From NCBI GenBank assembly GCA_951406725.2, contig OX597816.1, positions 38,750,001-38,814,000 of the forward strand: a stretch of 64,000 nucleotides of DNA, given 5' to 3'. Within the stretch, counting starts at the first letter, position 1, and every line of letters begins with the position of its first letter. The position numbers and the translations under genes were made by a program. Positions 1-13,159 of the stretch are shown here, piece after piece. Below the pieces are notes generated by a model. That model was not told where the DNA came from, searched no databases, and was given only the letters and a program-made list of their open reading frames with translations. The stretch is from Octopus vulgaris. Taxonomy: Eukaryota.

Positions 1-1862
1 TTAGAGAGGGTAGGGCTCTGATCAGTTTAGATCAATCTTAAGCCTTTGATAGGGTTGACCATCAATACTTGGCAGCTGTCCTCAAGGCAGCCGGTTTTGG
101 TCCAGTTTTCTGTGGTTGGGTTGCTGCTTTGTACAGCGGCATCTGCTCGGTTGTTCGGGTGAATGGTCACTTGTTGGAGCCATTCAGCATCTTGCATTCA
201 GTCTGTCAAGGGTGCCCTCTCTCCTCCCTTCTGTATGTACTGACTCTTGAGCCATTACTGTGGAAGTTGGAGGCTTTGAGGGGTGTCCTGCATAATCTAG
301 GATGTAGGAGAAGTATGTCTGCTTACGCTGATGATGTCACCATCATAGTGTCAAGCTACAGGCATATAGACCTGATTGGTGACACACTACAAGAATATGA
401 AGCAGTGATAGGAGCAAAAATTCAATGCGGAAAAGTCAGTGGACTTACAACTCGGCATCTGGAGAGGCAAGTCCATGCTGTCCAGCAGCATCAAGGGGTG
501 CTGGACAGTCTGGTTTAGTCCGAACCTCTAAATGCAGAAAAACTGGGACGAGGTGACAAGCAGGGTAGTCAATCTCACCCAGAAATGGGCTGAGAGGAAG
601 CTGTCCCTGAAAGGTCGAGCAGAGGTGGTGAATGCGTATATCGCGTCCATCAGCTATTACCACTTGACTGTCGTCCTTTGCCCTGTTTGCTGGTTGACCA
701 AGCTGGTGCACGTACTTTTCCACTTTTTGTGAAAGGGGTGCATTCCACTGGTCAGGTGCTCCATCTGCTGTCAACAGCTGCTGAATGGAAGGCTGGGTAT
801 GCCGTGTTTACTGATGTGCAGACATGCACTGAGGTTGAGCATCTATAGCATTTTCTTGACAGTGAGCAGGTGTAGTCACCATTTGTCAGGCACACTTTTT
901 CATAGCTCGTCTCTTTGACTGAGCTGCAAACTTGGATTAGGCGTACCAAGGAGGGGTGCTTGGCACCTCGAGTGCCATCAATCACTTACAGCTCTCCGCC
1001 AGGCAGCTAATGCAGTCAGTGGTAGTTCCACTCTAATATTCTATAAAGAACTAGTGGAGGGAAAGTGCAACAATGTTCTCGGGGAAACTCTGGGCATTGA
1101 TGAAGACCAGCTAACTGGTCTGTTTCGGAGAACTTTCAGGCTTGGGCCTATGGATAACTCCAGTGATCCTTTGCCTGGCAGTGCTACCGAGGGGCACTGC
1201 CTATTCAAGATTAACTTTACAGGCATAGAAGTGCCATCAGCCGTTCCTGCCCTAGGTGTCCCCACAATGATGAAACCGTTCTGCACTCCCTAGTCCAGTG
1301 CCTGAGTATTGCTGACCTGTGGTTTTATGTCAAACACTTGCTGTTGCATGTAGGACAGATCTGGCTATCCATTGTGAAGATTGCCTCACTGGCCTCTTTT
1401 AGCTGGGAGGGGGCAGGCAATTTTTATTTCTCCAATGGATGTAGTGAAAGAGGTAGTATGGTGAACTCATTTGAAAGAGCTAAAGACAGACACTTTCCTC
1501 CTTGGCCAAGCCCTCATCAACTTTTTCAAGTTTCACTTGACATGGAAGTTGAGGCCAAAGGAAGTGTTGCCTCGTAGCAAGTTTGTTGGAAGAATGGCCA
1601 GTGTGAAAGGACCGATTCTGAGCATGCACCTGTAAAAAGGGAATTAAAGGAGAAGGGCTCTTGCCCTGTTGATCAAGCACCCGTGGCTTTTCTGGGTTTT
1701 TCCACGAGGACCTTAAAGCATCTCCCCTTTGAAAATTTTAATTTATTCAATTTTCATTGTTATTCATATTGTTTACGCACAGAAAACCCATTGTATCGTC
1801 CCATTTTCGTCTTTTATGTTGTTGCATTTCCTTTAATGTGAGCCCATGTGGCTAATAAAACA
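1..1862 (+). mobile_element. Degenerate Tx1/L1-clade non-LTR retrotransposon (RT, C-terminal Cys motif, 3' UTR), cut by the window edge
   Basis: RT motifs ISLDQS*AFDRVDHQYL, QGCPLS and YADD (ORF 69..518); LSLKGRAEVVNAYIAS; CPRC..ETVLH near 1246-1300; several stops and frameshifts; AATAAA at ~1854 followed by an (ATT)n tail. Confidence 0.9.
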
Positions 1863-2033
1863 ATGAATTATTATTATTATCATCATCATCATCATTATTA
1901 TTATTATTATTTACCTTTTCCTACCCAACCACAGTAAATTCTGCTCTCCTAAAAAACATTTTACTTCCTAGTTATTTTACTGCTTACATCTAAATTTTTT
2001 TTTTTTCTTTTTTCAATTTCATTTATATCTTAG

Positions 2034-2154
2034 AGGTCAGCAACAAGAATCAACAGAACCATCAAAAAAGGCTTTGAAGAAGCAACAAAAAGAGGCTGAG
2101 AAGGCTGCAAAAAAAGCGGCTTATAAAGAGCAGAATAAGAAGGCAGATCAACAG
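2034..2154 (+). CDS. DARS1: Cytoplasmic aspartyl-tRNA synthetase, first exon in window (Lys-rich N-terminal extension); ATG exon lies upstream
   Basis: Long polypyrimidine tract + TAG acceptor; GQQQESTEPSKKALKKQQKEAEKAAKKAAYKEQNKKADQQ; donor CAG|GTTTGT phase 0, in frame with the next exon. The exact acceptor (2033 vs 2035) is ambiguous. Confidence 0.85.
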
Positions 2155-2323
2155 GTTTGTAAATGTTCTTCCCACCGACCTCTCTCTTAAATTAAGTATA
2201 ATTCACTTCCCTTCATTTTTTAAATTTCTAAGTACACTGATTATTAGAGAATGAAGAAATAAACTGTACCTTATTGGAATTTGATCCCTGAGAAATAAAA
2301 CTTTAGAAAAAAATCACTTGGAT

Positions 2324-2577
2324 CCGTGGGTCTCAACTGGAGTCCATATGGCCCTTAGGGGTCAGTATATGATTTTGTTATTAAAATTTATCTGCAATAA
2401 ATCGGTTACAATTCTACAATACACAAAAAATTTCAGTAATTATTCTTATTCAGTTCCTAACAATGTTTAATTATCAAAATATAATAGGATTTTTTAACAT
2501 CAAATGGCTAGGAGGGTTCATCTGAGTAAAATAGGAATCAAATGGTTCCATAGATAAAGAATGGTTGAGAAACACTG
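2324..2577. mobile_element. hAT-like MITE
   Basis: Termini CCGTGGGTCTCAAC / GTTGAGAAACACTG; degenerate 8-bp TSD ACTTGGAT/ATTTAGAT; related copy at 37779-38277. Confidence 0.65.
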
Positions 2578-3194
2578 ATTTAGATGTAGTTCTCAGTTGT
2601 CTTCAACGAGTCCATTGCTCTAAAGAAGGTAATTATTATATTTTGTTTGTTCATTTTACATCTGTTTTTTCCATGCTAGCATGGATTAGATGAATATTGT
2701 ACTGAGGCTTTTTTTTACAGCTAACCCTAACCTGCTTCTCAAGTAAGGAATCTCATTCTACATATCTTCTAAGGTGCAAAGATTTGTTCACAGGGGAAAT
2801 GGATGTCACTGCTTGCAGGTCAATGACTTTCAGGAAAGTGCAAATGTGAGGAAGCACACATGCATGAGCACCTGCCCCCTCACCACCACCACCCCTATAA
2901 ATACTCTTATGCATGTAAACATACACTCTCTGCTGCAGGTTTTGTAGTCTTATGAGCTGAATGGGGACCTCACTAGAGCTAGTGGCTTGAAAATACACCC
3001 TGTACATACTGTAAAGTGGTTCACATTAGGAAGGGCTTCCAGCTGTAGAAACCATATCAAAGCAGACACCGGAGCATAATGCTGTCCTTGAACTCATCAG
3101 ATCCTTGTCAAACCATCCAGCACATACTGACATTGAGTATGGCCATTAAGTGATGACGTTAATCATCATCATCATATATATATATATATATATA

Positions 3195-4013
3195 AATCAA
3201 AACAAATCAAATCAAATCAAATCAAAACAAATCAAAATAGATGAACATTAATGGAATTGTATCCTTGTGGTACCAGTGCCGGTGGCACACAAGAAAACCA
3301 TCCGAACGTGGCCGTAACCAGTACCGCACCGACTGGCCTCCGTGCTGTGGGCACGTAACAAACACCATCCGATCGTGGCCGTTTGCCAGCCTCATCTGGC
3401 ACCTGTGTCGGTGGAACATAAAAACACCATCCGAAGACCCGGCAAGACTAGTCAGGCCATAACCTGTGGCCCCTACCTGGGACGTAGTCAGTCCACCTGT
3501 GCATACCTTCCTTCTTGTGACACTTGTGAAGGCCTGTTGAGGCAAGTGAAAATCAAAACAAATCAAAATAGATGAACATCAATGGAATTTGTATCTTTGT
3601 GGTACCAGTGCCGGTGGCACGTGGCACACAAGAAAACCATCCGAACGTGGCCGTAGCCAGTACCGCATCGACTGGCCTCCGTGCTGTGGGCACGTAACAA
3701 ACACCATCCGATCGTGGCCGTTTGCCAGCCTCATCTGGCACCTGTGTCGGTGGCACATAAAAACACCATCTGAGCGTGGCCGTCTGCCAGCCTCGTCTGG
3801 CACCTGTGTCGGTGGCACATAAAAAACACCATCGTCGGTGGCACATAAAATCACCCACTACACTCTCGGAGTGGTTGGCGTTAGGAAAGGCATCCAGCTG
3901 TAGAAACACTGCCAGATCTGACTGGACTGGTGCAGCTTTCGGGCTCCCCAGACCCCAGTTGAACCGTCCAACCCATGCTAGCATGGAAAGCGGACGTTAA
4001 ATGAAGATGATGA

Positions 4014-4016
<3 letters not shown>
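3195..4016 (+). mobile_element. RTE-LINE 3' UTR-derived element with an internal duplication and a (GAT)n tail
   Basis: Tandem GTGCCGGTGGCAC..AAAA.CACC units, then GGTTGGCGTTAGGAA.GGCATCCAGCTGTAGAAAC and CGGACGTTAAA(TGA)n. The same tail follows an RTE ORF end at 5325-5975. Confidence 0.8.
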
Positions 4017-4059
<43 letters not shown>

Positions 4060-4240
4060 TTTCTTCTCCAAAATGGAGATAAGCACCAATGTCCCATGCA
4101 AGAGGCTTGAGAATTGTTAAGAGATACATCCCTCTCTTAACATGAAACTATTGGTAGCCTGGTTAACCCACAAATAAAGAACATTTATCCACTAATGCAG
4201 TGTTGAGCACTCATTCTTATTGTTTAACATTAATGTGTGT

Positions 4241-4280
<40 letters not shown>

Positions 4281-4284
<4 letters not shown>

Positions 4285-4503
4285 GGAGGTTTACGAAAAT
4301 AAACAAAAGACGAATGCAGGTTTACAAAAATAAACAAAAGACGGAGGCAGGTGGAGAACAAACAAACAATTGTATTAGTATGGCGCTCAGGAATAGAAAT
4401 AAAACAAGTCTTTTACGTTTCGAGCCTACGCTCTTCAACAGAAAGATACACAGAAAAGAAACAAAGAGAGAAAAAAATGCGTGTAGGAGCTAACGATCCA
4501 ACA
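4281..4503 (-). mobile_element. Penelope pseudo-LTR-like fragment containing a hammerhead motif, next to (TA)n
   Basis: Hammerhead motif at 4409-4446; its downstream sequence CACCTGCCTCCGTCTTTTGTTT..TGTAAA is shared with 23100-23142. Confidence 0.6.
4409..4446 (-). ncRNA. Minimal type I hammerhead ribozyme-like motif (A6U variant)
   Basis: UCUUU-CUGUUGA-A-GAGC(GUAG)GCUC-GAAA-C-GUA-AAAGA: perfect 5-bp stem I, 4-bp stem II, palindromic ACGU stem III. Confidence 0.7.
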
Positions 4504-5324
4504 TATATGGATGGATGACTTCTCTCAGTTTCTGTCTACCAAATTCGCTTATAAGGCTTTGAAAAGCCCACGTTTATAGTAGAAGCACCCAAGGAGCTGC
4601 ACATTGGACTGAACTCAAAACCATGAGGTTGTGAAGTGAATGTCATAATTATGCAACTATGCAGCAACTTGAGAAATATATAACCTCCAGTATGTAGTCT
4701 CACAATTTAACTTTCATTGAGTATTTTCGTAATTTTTTTAATGGCATTTTTAAAGAATGAAGGGCCACATTCTTACCTTTTCAAACCCTCTGAAACTGAA
4801 GGAGGTGAGCGAGGAGAAACCACAGCTAATCAGGTATGACCATATAATTGGTTTTGATAGTTTGTCTCCACCCCATTTCTCTCACAAAATTTGGGTCAAC
4901 TCAAGGTTATGGTTAAAAAACATTTACCCAAAGTGCCATTCAGTGAGATCAAAGTCAGAATTGTATGATTTTAATACAAATTCCTTAATCATACATTGGT
5001 AGTAAATCCTAAGGAAAAGCACATCTGAAAATTTAATGCAATTATTTGACATGTAAAAAACACCATTTGAGCATGGCCGTTGCCAATACCACCTGACTAG
5101 CCCTCGTGCAGGTGGCACGTGAATGCACCCACTACACTGATGGAGTGGTTGGCATTAGGAAGGGCATCCAGCTGTAGAAACTCTGCCAGATCAGAGTGGG
5201 GCCTGGTGCAGCCATCTGGCTCGCCAGTCCTCAGTCAAATCATGCAACCCATGCTAGCATGGAAAGCGGACGTTAAACAATGATGATGATGACTTAATAC
5301 GCAGCTGTCCTCATCCATTGTGAT

Positions 5325-5975
5325 GCATATGGACAAGGACAGCTGTGCAAAGAAGTGTCAATCTCTAACTGTAGAGGGAACCTGTGGAAGAGGTAGACCC
5401 AGGAAGACATGGAACAAAGTGGTGAAGCATGATCTTCAAATGCTGGGCCTCACAGAGGCAATGATAAGTGACTGAGACCTTTGGTAATATGCTGTGCTTG
5501 AGAAGATCCATCTAGCCAAGCAAAATTGTAGTTATGGCCATTGCTGGTCTTTGAATGTTGAGCTCCATGGAAGCAAGGTGATGAAGCATGATCTTTGAAT
5601 GCTGGGCTTCACGTCGGTGATGACAAGTAACCAAGACCTTTGGCAATATGCGGTGCTTGAGAAAACTCGTCAAGCCAAACGATACTGTAGTTGTGGCTGT
5701 TGCCTGTGTCATATAAATGGCACCTGTGAAATCATAGTGTGGCTGTTGCCAGTGTCATGCATATGGCACCCATTCTGGTGGCGCGTAAAAAACACCCATT
5801 ACACTTTTGGGGTGGTTGGTGTTAGGAAGGACATCCAGCTGTAAAAACCAAATCAAATCAGACTGGAACCTGGTGCAGCTTTCTGGCTTGCCAGTTCCAG
5901 TCAAACCATCTAATCCATGCCAGCATGGAAAATGGACATTAAATGATGAGGAGGAGGCTGATGATGATGATGAAT
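5325..5975 (+). mobile_element. RTE-clade LINE 3' end (ORF C-terminus, partly duplicated, plus 3' UTR)
   Basis: MDKDSCAKKCQSLTVEGTCGRGRPRKTWNKVVKHDLQMLGLTEAMISD*DLW; the ORF end is repeated at ~5575-5690; (GAT)n tail. Confidence 0.85.
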
Positions 5976-6199
5976 ACTATCAAGATTAAGAACAGAAAAA
6001 TGTTTTAGAAACAGTAATTTTACAGCATCATTCATGAAAGTGCATCTGGTGTTGATGTGGATTATATGTTTTTAACATCAGCTTCCTTTCTAAATTTTTC
6101 TATAACTTCCTGAGGGTTTGCCATCTATTGCTGAGCCATCTCTACACTTTATCCTCTTTACTCTCCCTATTATTCTCACTTCTTTCTGAAAGGTGGTGT

Positions 6200-6600
6200 A
6201 TGTGTTTACATAGAATTTATATAGGTGCATAGTATTGGGAAATTCAGTGATGTAGATAGGTGAGAATCTGGCTATTGCCAATAATTCTGGTTAGAAAATG
6301 ATCCTGCATCAGTTCCAGTCAGTGTGGAGATAATATAAGACCGAAAATGTGTTGTGTGCATCAAAGTTTCCAAGAGTGATAACCTCAGAAAGAGTGAAAC
6401 AAGATAGATGATTTTCTTCCATGCCAGAGGAAAAGTGATTGGAGGAATTAGTGTATGGTGGAATTAGTATATGAATTTCAGATAGAGAAATTTTGAGCCT
6501 GAATATCAGAAGTGAATGACACAGTGAGTAGATTCTACATTAACAATGATATTTCCTTCTAGGTTGAAATTTGAATATAGAGTGCAGCCTTAACAGCAAA
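6200..6600 (-). mobile_element. Old LINE apurinic-endonuclease remnant
   Basis: SEVITLGNFDAHN at ~6351-6390 resembles the APE motif IILGDFNAH; heavily decayed. Confidence 0.4.
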
Positions 6601-7468
6601 GATGGGCTAGGCAGAGATAGATGGTAATGCTTCAGGTGTGTCAGTATAAAATATTTTTAAAAAATAAACAGAAAGCTGCTGAACAGCATAACAATCATGA
6701 GTGCAACACCTAAACCACTGCACCATGTGCTTTCATCCTGATCACTGAGCAGACACTAACTTTATGGGGTGACCCCCTTTAATATATTATAAATATAAAC
6801 TATGACATTGCATCATAGTTGAAAATGCATGTCACTATCATACAAGCAGTCATTCAGTTCCAGTTTTCCATGAAAACTTGTCTGGCTATAAGGAAATATT
6901 AACCTACTTGGAAATAAGTGAGAGTTGATAACATGAAGGGCATCCTGCCATACAAAATCTGTCTTTGGCTCATGCAAGCATAGAAAAGTAGAGTAGCCAT
7001 GTGTCTCTTCTACAGCAAGACCTCTGTTTTTATCCTTCTGTTATACAACTGCCTCTCGGCACTTGGCATAAGCCACCTCTCTCAATACTCTACCCATCTC
7101 CAAGTAAGGAATCTTGTCTTGCAAGCCACATGGCAACCTCACTAGTCCCAGTGACATGTAAAGTGTCAGTACATTCTGTAAAGTGGTTGGCATTAGGAAG
7201 AACATCCAGCTGTAGAAACCATGCCAAAATAGTAATTGGCACTTGATATAGTTCTCTGACCTATCAGATCCTGTCAAACAGGCCATCCCATGCCAGCATG
7301 GAATATAGATGTTAAATGATGATGATGATGATGATAGATCAGTATCTGTTGCCCAAGAGAAATGAGTTGAGTCAATTGATTGCTTAATGTGCTGAGGTGT
7401 CAGAATGGATTACAATAATAATAATAATAATGATAATTATTATTATTATTATTATTATCATTATACTA

Positions 7469-7655
7469 AGGTGGCAAGCTGGCAGAATCGTTAGCATGTT
7501 GGGCGAAATGATTAGCAAGCTGTATTTCGTCTGCTGCTACATTCAGAGTTCAAATTCTGCTGCTTTCAGGGTTGATTAAATAAGTACCAGTTACGCACTG
7601 GGGTTCATGTAATTGACTTAATCCCTTCCCCCAAACTATACTTCCAGCAGAAAGG

Positions 7656-7717
<62 letters not shown>

Positions 7718-8248
7718 GGCAGTAAGATGGATGAAATGCTTTGTGGTATTTTGCCCATCACTACATTCTGAGTTCAAATTCAACCAAGGTCAACTTTGCC
7801 TTTCATTCTTTCAGAGTTGATAAAATAAGTGCCAGTTGAACACTGAGTTGGTATAATCAACTCATTCCCTCCCCCCAAATTGTTGCCTGTGTGGCAAAAT
7901 TTGAAATCATTATTATCACTCTTATTAAGGCAGCAAGCTGGCAGAATCGTTAGCATGCTGGATGAAATGCTTAGTGGTATTATATTTCGCCCATCACTAC
8001 GTTATGAGTTCAAATTCCGCCAAGGTCGACTTTGCCTTTCAGCTTTTCAGCATTAATAAATTAAGTACCAGTGAAATACTGGGGTTGATGTAATTGACTA
8101 GTCCCCCCTCCCCACCAAATTTCAGGCCTTGTGCCTTTAGTAGAAAGGATTATTATCATTATTATTATTCAGTTGAACCCTTGTTGATGTAATCAACTTA
8201 CCCACTTCCCCAAAACTGCTGGTCTTGTGCCAAAATTTGAAACCTTTA

Positions 8249-8250
<2 letters not shown>
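7469..8250 (+). mobile_element. Cluster of tRNA-derived SINE copies (Meta-domain-like family) separated by (ATT)n
   Basis: Repeated GGCAAGCTGGCAGAATCGTTAGC..GAGTTCAAATTC..GCCTTTCATCC..ATAAA.TAAGTACCAG; further copies at ~11063, 47206, 55990-56620, 60696, 61095. Confidence 0.8.
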
Positions 8251-8287
<37 letters not shown>

Positions 8288-8575
8288 GTGAATGAGAGCA
8301 GCACATGCCATCAAAGTGATGCTGAGGTACAAATATATGAAGCCCAATACACCCATCTCACAAAGGTACACCAAGCACATGCATCATAACATGGTGATCC
8401 CATATGAAGATAAACAGCACATGACCTTGCAGGTGGGGTTTGGTTAGAATTTTCTTCTGGATGAGTAGTCCATCCCACTCAAAAGGTCCCTGAATAAGAG
8501 TTTTTTAAGGATGATGAAGAAAACACCCATCTTTCCAGGGGTGAATTATTCAAACCCCAAAGAATCCCTCTCAGA

Positions 8576-9075
8576 CATCATCAACATCATTGTTCGACCG
8601 TGGTCGAGACAATGGAATTTACCATGCTACGCCAGACTTCACGGTCCATCATAGCATTACGGAGGTCCTGTTGCTGGATGCCTGTATCCCTGGAGATTAC
8701 ATCAGGGTAGGAAAGTGTGCGCCCTCTGGTATTGCGAGTAGATGGCTTCCAGAGGAGAAGAGTAGAAATTGCCTCGTTTTCAGCTCTACAACAATGTCCA
8801 GCAAACTGGACTCTCCTACCTTTCATGAGAGATGACACAAGTGGTAGTTTTCCATATATTTGCATTTTGGTTGGATGACACTTCCATGATAAATTTTGAG
8901 CTCTCATAAGGAGGCGAGTGTAGGTTCCATCCAACCGCCTCTCAAGCTTCTTTGACAACGTCCAGGTTTCTGAGCCATATAGTAGAATTGGTTCGACTGT
9001 GGCTTTGAAGATTTCAAGTTTGAAGTCTCTACTTAGATTTGATGACCAGATCTTAATCATGTCATTACAGGCTCG
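8576..9075 (-). mobile_element. 5'-truncated RTE-clade LINE inserted in another interspersed repeat
   Basis: ORF 8587..9060 KLEIFKATVEPILLYGSETWTL..RRVQFAGHC..DREVWR. The host repeat halves (8285-8575, 9080-9325) are contiguous in the related copy at ~50440-50625. Confidence 0.88.
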
Positions 9076-9913
9076 CAGAGATAGCTATGATGCTCCCCCA
9101 CTACTTCTACCTGTGATCAGAGATGCACATATAGTCAAGCATTAAGGGACATGCTCAACTGGTTATGGTCAAGCAACTGACAAGTAAATCTACAGTATTG
9201 AGAAGAATATTTGCTCTAGGCCATCTTTTACACTATTACAAAACATGTACGTAATAACACTTCCAATCAGTTAAGATCAGAAGCCATGCTAGCCACTGCC
9301 TGGTATTGCATTAGAGCATTTATTATCATCATCATCATCATTACCATCACCAATGCTGAAGATCTTTCTGGAACAACATAATTAACATTTGCAAATAAGA
9401 ATTTCATATCAAGTCTTTTCTATACAATAGCAGACAAAGATACCTGATACAATGAATTTCCTGAAATTGTCAGTGAGAACCATTTATCATAATGTTTATG
9501 TAAATATTGATGAACTCAGAGCTATTTACTAATTATATCATTATCTGATCTTAGTTATGCATGTTTAGATAATTACGGGTAAAAAAAACTGCAGTCATTT
9601 ATAAACAATTTCAGATATTTAAGTTGCTTTGTTTCTTTTTGTTTTGTTCATTTTTCTTTTATATTTTGTTATTGCTCAAGCTGAAGTCATTTACTTATAT
9701 TTTCAAAATTTTCGACAAATAAATTAAGTTGCGTAATGTCTCCTTGCCTCTTAAAGATATGCCTCAATGCCAGTATATATTTTTTATCTATTTTTGAGAC
9801 AGATGTCGAATTTTAATTTTTAGAATAATTGTATAAAGAATAGACTTCCCTGCAATGAACAATGATAATATATTCTCAGAATTATGTAATTTCTTTTTTA
9901 TTTGTTTCTCAAG

Positions 9914-10082
9914 CCGGTTGATAATGAAGAAGATTTTTCCAAAGACTTCTATGGCAACCTTCCTCTCATTCAATCGTCTGAAAAAATCAACCGCAAAATA
10001 ATTGATGTGAAAGACCTTACACCTCAGATTGCAGACACAAAGGTGTGGATTAGGGCCAGGTTACAGACAAGCCGTAGCAAAG
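9914..10082 (+). CDS. DARS1: DARS1 exon (start of OB-fold anticodon-binding domain)
   Basis: AG|PVDNEEDFSKDFYGNLPLIQSSEK...VWIRARLQTSRSKG|GTAAG; matches AspRS VWVRARVHTSRAKG. Confidence 0.97.
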
Positions 10083-10867
10083 GTAAGCTTTCCTTTACTT
10101 TTCAACTAATGGAGTTAAAATAACAATGCTGACTCTGTTATCAACATTTTTAATTTGCAGATTATATCACTTGCTCTGAAGAGAAAACAATTTTAACATC
10201 TACTTTTCCGTGCTTTCAGAGATTTTTTTCACTGGAGACTGAAAACGTGTGTTTACTTTTTTATTAATAATAGTTTGACTTAGTTTCACCTAACTTAAAG
10301 TTTTGAGCATGTAGAACACATCTCATTCATCAGAAGGACATTTTGTCATCTGAATTTGAATCCTGCTGAAATCAACTTCACCTTTCAACCCCCTGGTCAA
10401 TAAAATAAAATACCAGTCAAGTATTGAGGCCAATATAATCAGCTAACCTCTCCCCCAACTCACCCAAATTTCTTACCTTATGCCTATGTTAGAAATGATT
10501 CATCAGCATTAACTTGTACCCAAGTAAATCTGTAACATATGATTGAGCTTCTTCATCCTGATGGATGTGAAGGTTGCTGGTAGCTGTTCAGGCCAAGAGC
10601 AGTATAGAAGAGCTGAGGACTTTTATCACAGGGAAGGGTTAGCAGGGGATGAGGAAGTGCAAGTTGCTCTTTGTATCTTCAGTGTCTGATCTCTGCCTTT
10701 TGACATCTGTTATTTGTTATCTGGTCTATTCCTTTGACAATGACATGTTGCCACTTTGATTTTATATGAACATTTTTGCCAATTTAAAAATTTTCATTCT
10801 AATTTCAATGTCGAGTATCCAAGTATTGCCATGTTTGCTGAATTCCTTCCTTTTGGATGTCTTCCAG

Positions 10868-10970
10868 GTAAACAATGCTTTTTTGTGTTGCGGCAACGTT
10901 ACTGGACTGTGCAAGGTCTTATAGCTGTTGGAAAAGAGACTAGCAAACAAATGGTGAAGTTTGCTGCAAG
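10868..10970 (+). CDS. DARS1: DARS1 exon
   Basis: [34 protein letters not shown]; phases 1/2 fit the neighbouring exons. Confidence 0.97.
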
Positions 10971-12269
10971 GTTGGTTTTGGTTTCACAATATCAAAAGTC
11001 TTTCATAAAACTTAATTTCTCTCTTTTGAGCTGAAACATTCTTCAACATTATACATCTCCAAAGGCAGTGAGCTGGCAGAACTGTTAGCATACCATGCAA
11101 AATGCTTAACAACATTTCATCTGTCTTTACATTCTGAGTTCAAATTCCACCAAGGTTGATTTTGGCTTTCACCTTTTCAGGGTCAATAAAATAAGTACCT
11201 GTTGTACACTGGTGTCAGTGTAATTGACTTATCCCCTTCCCCAAAATTGCTGGCCTTGTGCCAAAATTTGAAACCAGTGTTATACATCTCCACTATGTTA
11301 ACAGTATAAACAATTATTGTATTAGCAGCAGCAGCTCATTTTGGACTGCTACACTTTTACTTTTTTATTGGAAGTTCATCATCAGCATCATCAATTTATA
11401 TTTTCCATGCTGGCAAAGGTTGGACAGTCCTTATTTATTTAGTTACTGCTCTCCTAGATGACTCAAAAGATTATATCTCACTTAAATGCATCAATTTTAG
11501 TGTGGTTTCTATGATGAATGTTCTTCATAAAAACTAACTCCTTTACACACTGCACTGTGTGTCTTTTATCATTGCACCATCACTAGTGAGGTTGCCATAC
11601 TCTCAACGGCATAGAAGAGAACATGATAACCTCTGTGTTTTTAAATTATTTTTACTGGTTAATAATCAAAAGAACTTTGTGAAGCTTACTATATAAAATA
11701 TTACTCTAAATTAACAACATATTTCTCAAGAAAATCTAGATCTTAAAGTTTACTGAAATTGACAAAACCTTCATAATATTAACTCAAAAGTTTCTAATAT
11801 TTCATATTTTAAAAACTATATTAATATCTCAAGAAAAAAATGTCTATAAAATTTGTAGGATTGATTATTGTGCACTTGGAAATAGTAGGAGGAATACAGT
11901 GCATCTACAAACATTGAAGAAGAATGAGTGAAGTGCATCAGATGGATAGCATTAATTTACTTAAAACTTTGAACAGAAATAAATTGAGGAAGTAGTTAGG
12001 CATTAAAAGGATTAACTGATGTGTATGTCTAATGTAAATGGAATGAGTATATTGTGGCTACAGAGTGCACAGCATTGCATTCTAACCATAATTAGGTGGT
12101 GAATTGATAGTCATTGGAGTGTGGGACAGAATGCCACATAGTATTTGTTTTGTCTCTGCACTCTGAGTTCAGATCTTGTCAAGGTCAGTTTTTTTGTCTT
12201 TTCATCCTTTTAGGGTTGATAATAAAAAGTACAAATCAAAGCTGGTGGATTGGTGGAATTAATAGAGTA

Positions 12270-12442
12270 TTAACCCTTTTGTTACTATATTTCTGTGGAA
12301 ATGCGTTGCTTTTGTTTCAGCTAATTTTGAAAATAATAAAGAATTTAGTAAAATAACTTCATTGTTTAATCTGGTGTTGAAACATAAATTATCATCAAAG
12401 AACCAGGGATGATCTCCGGTAATTTGGTATCAGAAGGGTTAA
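12270..12442. mobile_element. piggyBac-type MITE, family B
   Basis: TTAA-CCCTT...AAGGG-TTAA termini; related copies at ~19409-20070, 35230-35665, 40359-40596. Confidence 0.7.
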
Positions 12443-13056
12443 ATCGTAGTTGCCCCTGCATACTGGCATGTCCTCTGCATCCCTTCTTCAGCTGAGCAAT
12501 CCTAACCTTGCTGGCTTACAGGTGCTGCTGCCACATCAACACACCTGTGCCAGTGCTGTGTAAAAGCACCCGGTACAGTCTGTAAAGTGGTTGGCATTAG
12601 GAAGGGCATCCAACTGTATAAACCATGCCAAGACAGATGGGGAGCCTGATCAGTTTCTGTTAAACTGTCCAACCCATGCCAGCATGGAGAACAGACATTA
12701 AATGATGATGAATAGAAATGTAGTTACCTTGAATCAGTTGGAAGATCAACTAACACCATCACCACCTGCACCTGTCATATCATTTAATTTTTATGCTCAG
12801 TTTTATTAGTGAGTACTTTCTAATATTTCACACCAGTTTGTTCATAAAACCATACCCCTGTACTATGATCAATATCTTTTCTCTGTGAACAAGATAACAA
12901 ACATTGTGATTTCTTATTGATTGACAGTTTTGTTATTAAAGAATATTTTCAAACCGAAGCTGAATTTAAATGATATCATCTCAATAATTTCATAGTTTGG
13001 TTTTAAATAGTGTGATAAATTACCTGTTTTTTTTTTTTTCTTTCTTCTAACATCAG

Positions 13057-13159
13057 CATAAATAAGGAATCTATTATTGACATTGAAGCATATGTCCGGA
13101 CTGTCCCTAGTAAAATTGAATCATGCTCCCAACAAGATGTAGAACTTCATACCATCCAG
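13057..13159 (+). CDS. DARS1: DARS1 exon
   Basis: [34 protein letters not shown]; CAG/GT boundaries; phases 2/0. Confidence 0.97.

Noticed and set aside
2721-2732. Telomeric (CTAACC)2 (also ~59380)
   Set aside because: Only two units, inside a decayed repeat; consistent with chance.
3222-4129. Multiple overlapping ORFs (also 20260-20660, 34070-34466, 63069-63434)
   Set aside because: Chance frames through GC-rich tandem units of the RTE tail; no protein-family signature.
7397-7783. Poly-Ile ORFs
   Set aside because: Translations of (ATT)n/(AAT)n microsatellites.
9508-9548. Intronic C/D-box snoRNA (TGATGA..CTGA)
   Set aside because: Only ~40 nt long, AT-rich, with no terminal stem or recognisable guide.
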